DNA of 64,000 nucleotides from an uncultured Planctomycetota bacterium (GTDB lineage Bacteria; Planctomycetota; PLA2; JAEUHO01): NCBI GenBank assembly GCA_963752285.1, contig CAVVXN010000005.1, positions 320,001 to 384,000 of the forward strand, read 5' to 3'. Shown piece by piece: positions 62,485 to 64,000 of this stretch (position 1 is its first letter; each line of letters starts with the position of its first letter). The notes under the pieces were generated by a model. It saw only the letters and a program-made list of their open reading frames with translations, ran no database searches and was not told where the DNA came from. The position numbers and the translations under genes were made by a program.

Positions 62485-63926
62485 GTCGTGGCGCTCGGCG
62501 TGGAGAGGTCGGCGTGCTCGGTCGAGACCTCCACCTCCGGAAACCTCGACGCGAGCCACGCGGCCAGCCGCTCCGTGCACCAGACCGACCGGTGGCGACC
62601 TCCGGTGCAGCCGAAACGCACGTCCAGCGACGTGAACCCGCGCTCGAGATAGCGCTCGACCTGCGCCGCCACGAGCGCCTGCGCGTGGTCGAGGAAGGCG
62701 CGCGCCGCGGGCGAGGCGAGGAGCGCGGCGTCCACGGGGGCGTCGAGCCCCGTGTGCGCGGCGAGCCGCGGGTCGCGACCGGGGTTGTCGAGCGCGCGGC
62801 AGTCGAAGACGAAGCCGCCCCCGTGCCCCCCGGGCGCGCGGGGGATGCCGCGCGCGTACGCGAAGGAGCCCACGTGCACCGTGAGCCCGCGCCGGTGGGC
62901 CGGGCCCGGCGCGAGGAGGTCCGGGCGCTCCAGCACCGCGTCCACGGCGCGACGGATCTCCCCCAGGTCGGCCAGCGCGCGGTGCTCGCCGAGCAACCGT
63001 TCCAGGTTGCGGGCCGCGGTGCCGACGCGGCTCGCGAACCCCGGTCGCCGCAGGTGGAAGCCCCGGTACCCGTACGCGCCGAGCGCCTGGAGGATACGGA
63101 GGACCGCGAACGCCGGCAGGCGCGCCCGGAACGCGTCCTCGCCAAGATCGAGTTCGCGCGGGACCGCGTCGAGGTACGCCGCGAGGAGGTCCTCGCGCAC
63201 GGCCTCGGGCATCGCGGTGCTCCCGCTGTAGAGGAACGAGGCCACGTCGTAGAGCAGGGACCCGCGCCGACCCCCCTGGTAGTCGAGGAACACCAGGCGC
63301 GTCGGCGTGCGCATGACGTTGCGCGCCTGGTAGTCGCGGTAGACGAAGTGCGACGTTCGATCCTGGAGCAGGAGGGTGAGGAGGCCTTCGAAGTCGTCCT
63401 CCAGCCGGTCCTCGTCGAACGGCACGTCGGCGAGCCTCAGGAAGCAGTCCTTGAACCACGCGAGGTCCCACGCCATCGCGCGCCGGTCGAAGTCGGCCCG
63501 CGGCCACGCCAGGTCGAACGGTACGACGCGGCCCCCCTCGACCTGGAACCTCGGCAGCCACCGGATCGCTTCGCGGAACGGCTCGAGGAGCGCCGCGGGA
63601 AACGTCTCCTTCGTGGCGTCACGCGCTTCCTCGAGCGTCGAGAAGAGGCTCTCGCGGCCCGCGTCCTCGATCAGGTGCGCGCCCGTGGACTCGTCGAAGC
63701 CGTAGAGCTCGGGCACGGGGAGGCCCGCGCGGTGGAGCGCCGTCGTGAAGCCGAGGAACGCGCGGTCCTCGTCCGCACGGCCGGGGGGGACGCCGATCGC
63801 CGTACGCCCGTCGCTCGCCTGGAAGCGGAGCCGCCGGCGGGGCGACCCGTCTCCCTCCACCGCCTCCACCCGCGCGGGGGGGCCCCGGAAGCGCTGCTCG
63901 AAGAGGCGGAGGAGGATCTCGTCCAC
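62472..63926 (-). CDS. AmgK-like phosphotransferase fused to a RapZ C-terminal domain
   Basis: GDGSPRR, YRDYQARN, LDYQG; C-terminal GGGFVFDCRALDNPGR and FGCTGGRHRSV. Confidence 0.85.
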   Translation of the reverse strand: MDEILLRLFEQRFRGPPARVEAVEGDGSPRRRLRFQASDGRTAIGVPPGRADEDRAFLGFTTALHRAGLPVPELYGFDESTGAHLIEDAGRESLFSTLEEARDATKETFPAALLEPFREAIRWLPRFQVEGGRVVPFDLAWPRADFDRRAMAWDLAWFKDCFLRLADVPFDEDRLEDDFEGLLTLLLQDRTSHFVYRDYQARNVMRTPTRLVFLDYQGGRRGSLLYDVASFLYSGSTAMPEAVREDLLAAYLDAVPRELDLGEDAFRARLPAFAVLRILQALGAYGYRGFHLRRPGFASRVGTAARNLERLLGEHRALADLGEIRRAVDAVLERPDLLAPGPAHRRGLTVHVGSFAYARGIPRAPGGHGGGFVFDCRALDNPGRDPRLAAHTGLDAPVDAALLASPAARAFLDHAQALVAAQVERYLERGFTSLDVRFGCTGGRHRSVWCTERLAAWLASRFPEVEVSTEHADLSTPSATTWTP

Positions 63927-64000
63927 GGTCGCGAAAGGGTACCCGCATCCCGCGGTTCGCCGGCCGGACCGACGGGGCCCGTGGCCCTCGCGCGGCCCGA

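Noticed and set aside
1..64000. rRNA, tRNA, integron integrase/attC array, reverse transcriptase
   Set aside because: No recognisable motifs by eye; a covariance/HMM scan would be needed to exclude them formally.

Overview
High-GC bacterial DNA, most likely Planctomycetota. This is inferred from an ECF sigma factor followed by Ser/Thr kinases, [10 protein letters not shown] prepilin-like genes, HEAT/VWA proteins and carboxypeptidase-regulatory-like domain proteins. The left ~40 kb is an accessory, IS-scarred mosaic. It holds one complete three-gene IS66 with an 8-bp target duplication, an IS110/IS1111 element with a long 3' non-coding region, three IS91-like oriIS-end fragments, IS21 ends and istB pieces, phage remnants, polymorphic-toxin tips, immunity-like genes, lipoproteins and frameshifted genes. 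The right ~24 kb is cleaner core-like DNA: ECF plus two kinases, purN, an ABC ATPase, two pilin-like genes, a dCMP deaminase/kinase pair, a HEAT/VWA cluster and murU/amgK-like genes. The most striking structure is 26705-29798, a single-ORF IS66-family element with 22-bp inverted repeats and an 8-bp target duplication. It is built from two nested related units, each IR - toxin C-terminal domain - immunity gene - convergent transposase end. Both toxin tips read in frame through the IR (K-R-P-G-G), making this a candidate toxin-tip/immunity delivery transposon. No rRNA, tRNA or CRISPR array was seen. Protein family calls come from motif recognition by eye, not database searches.
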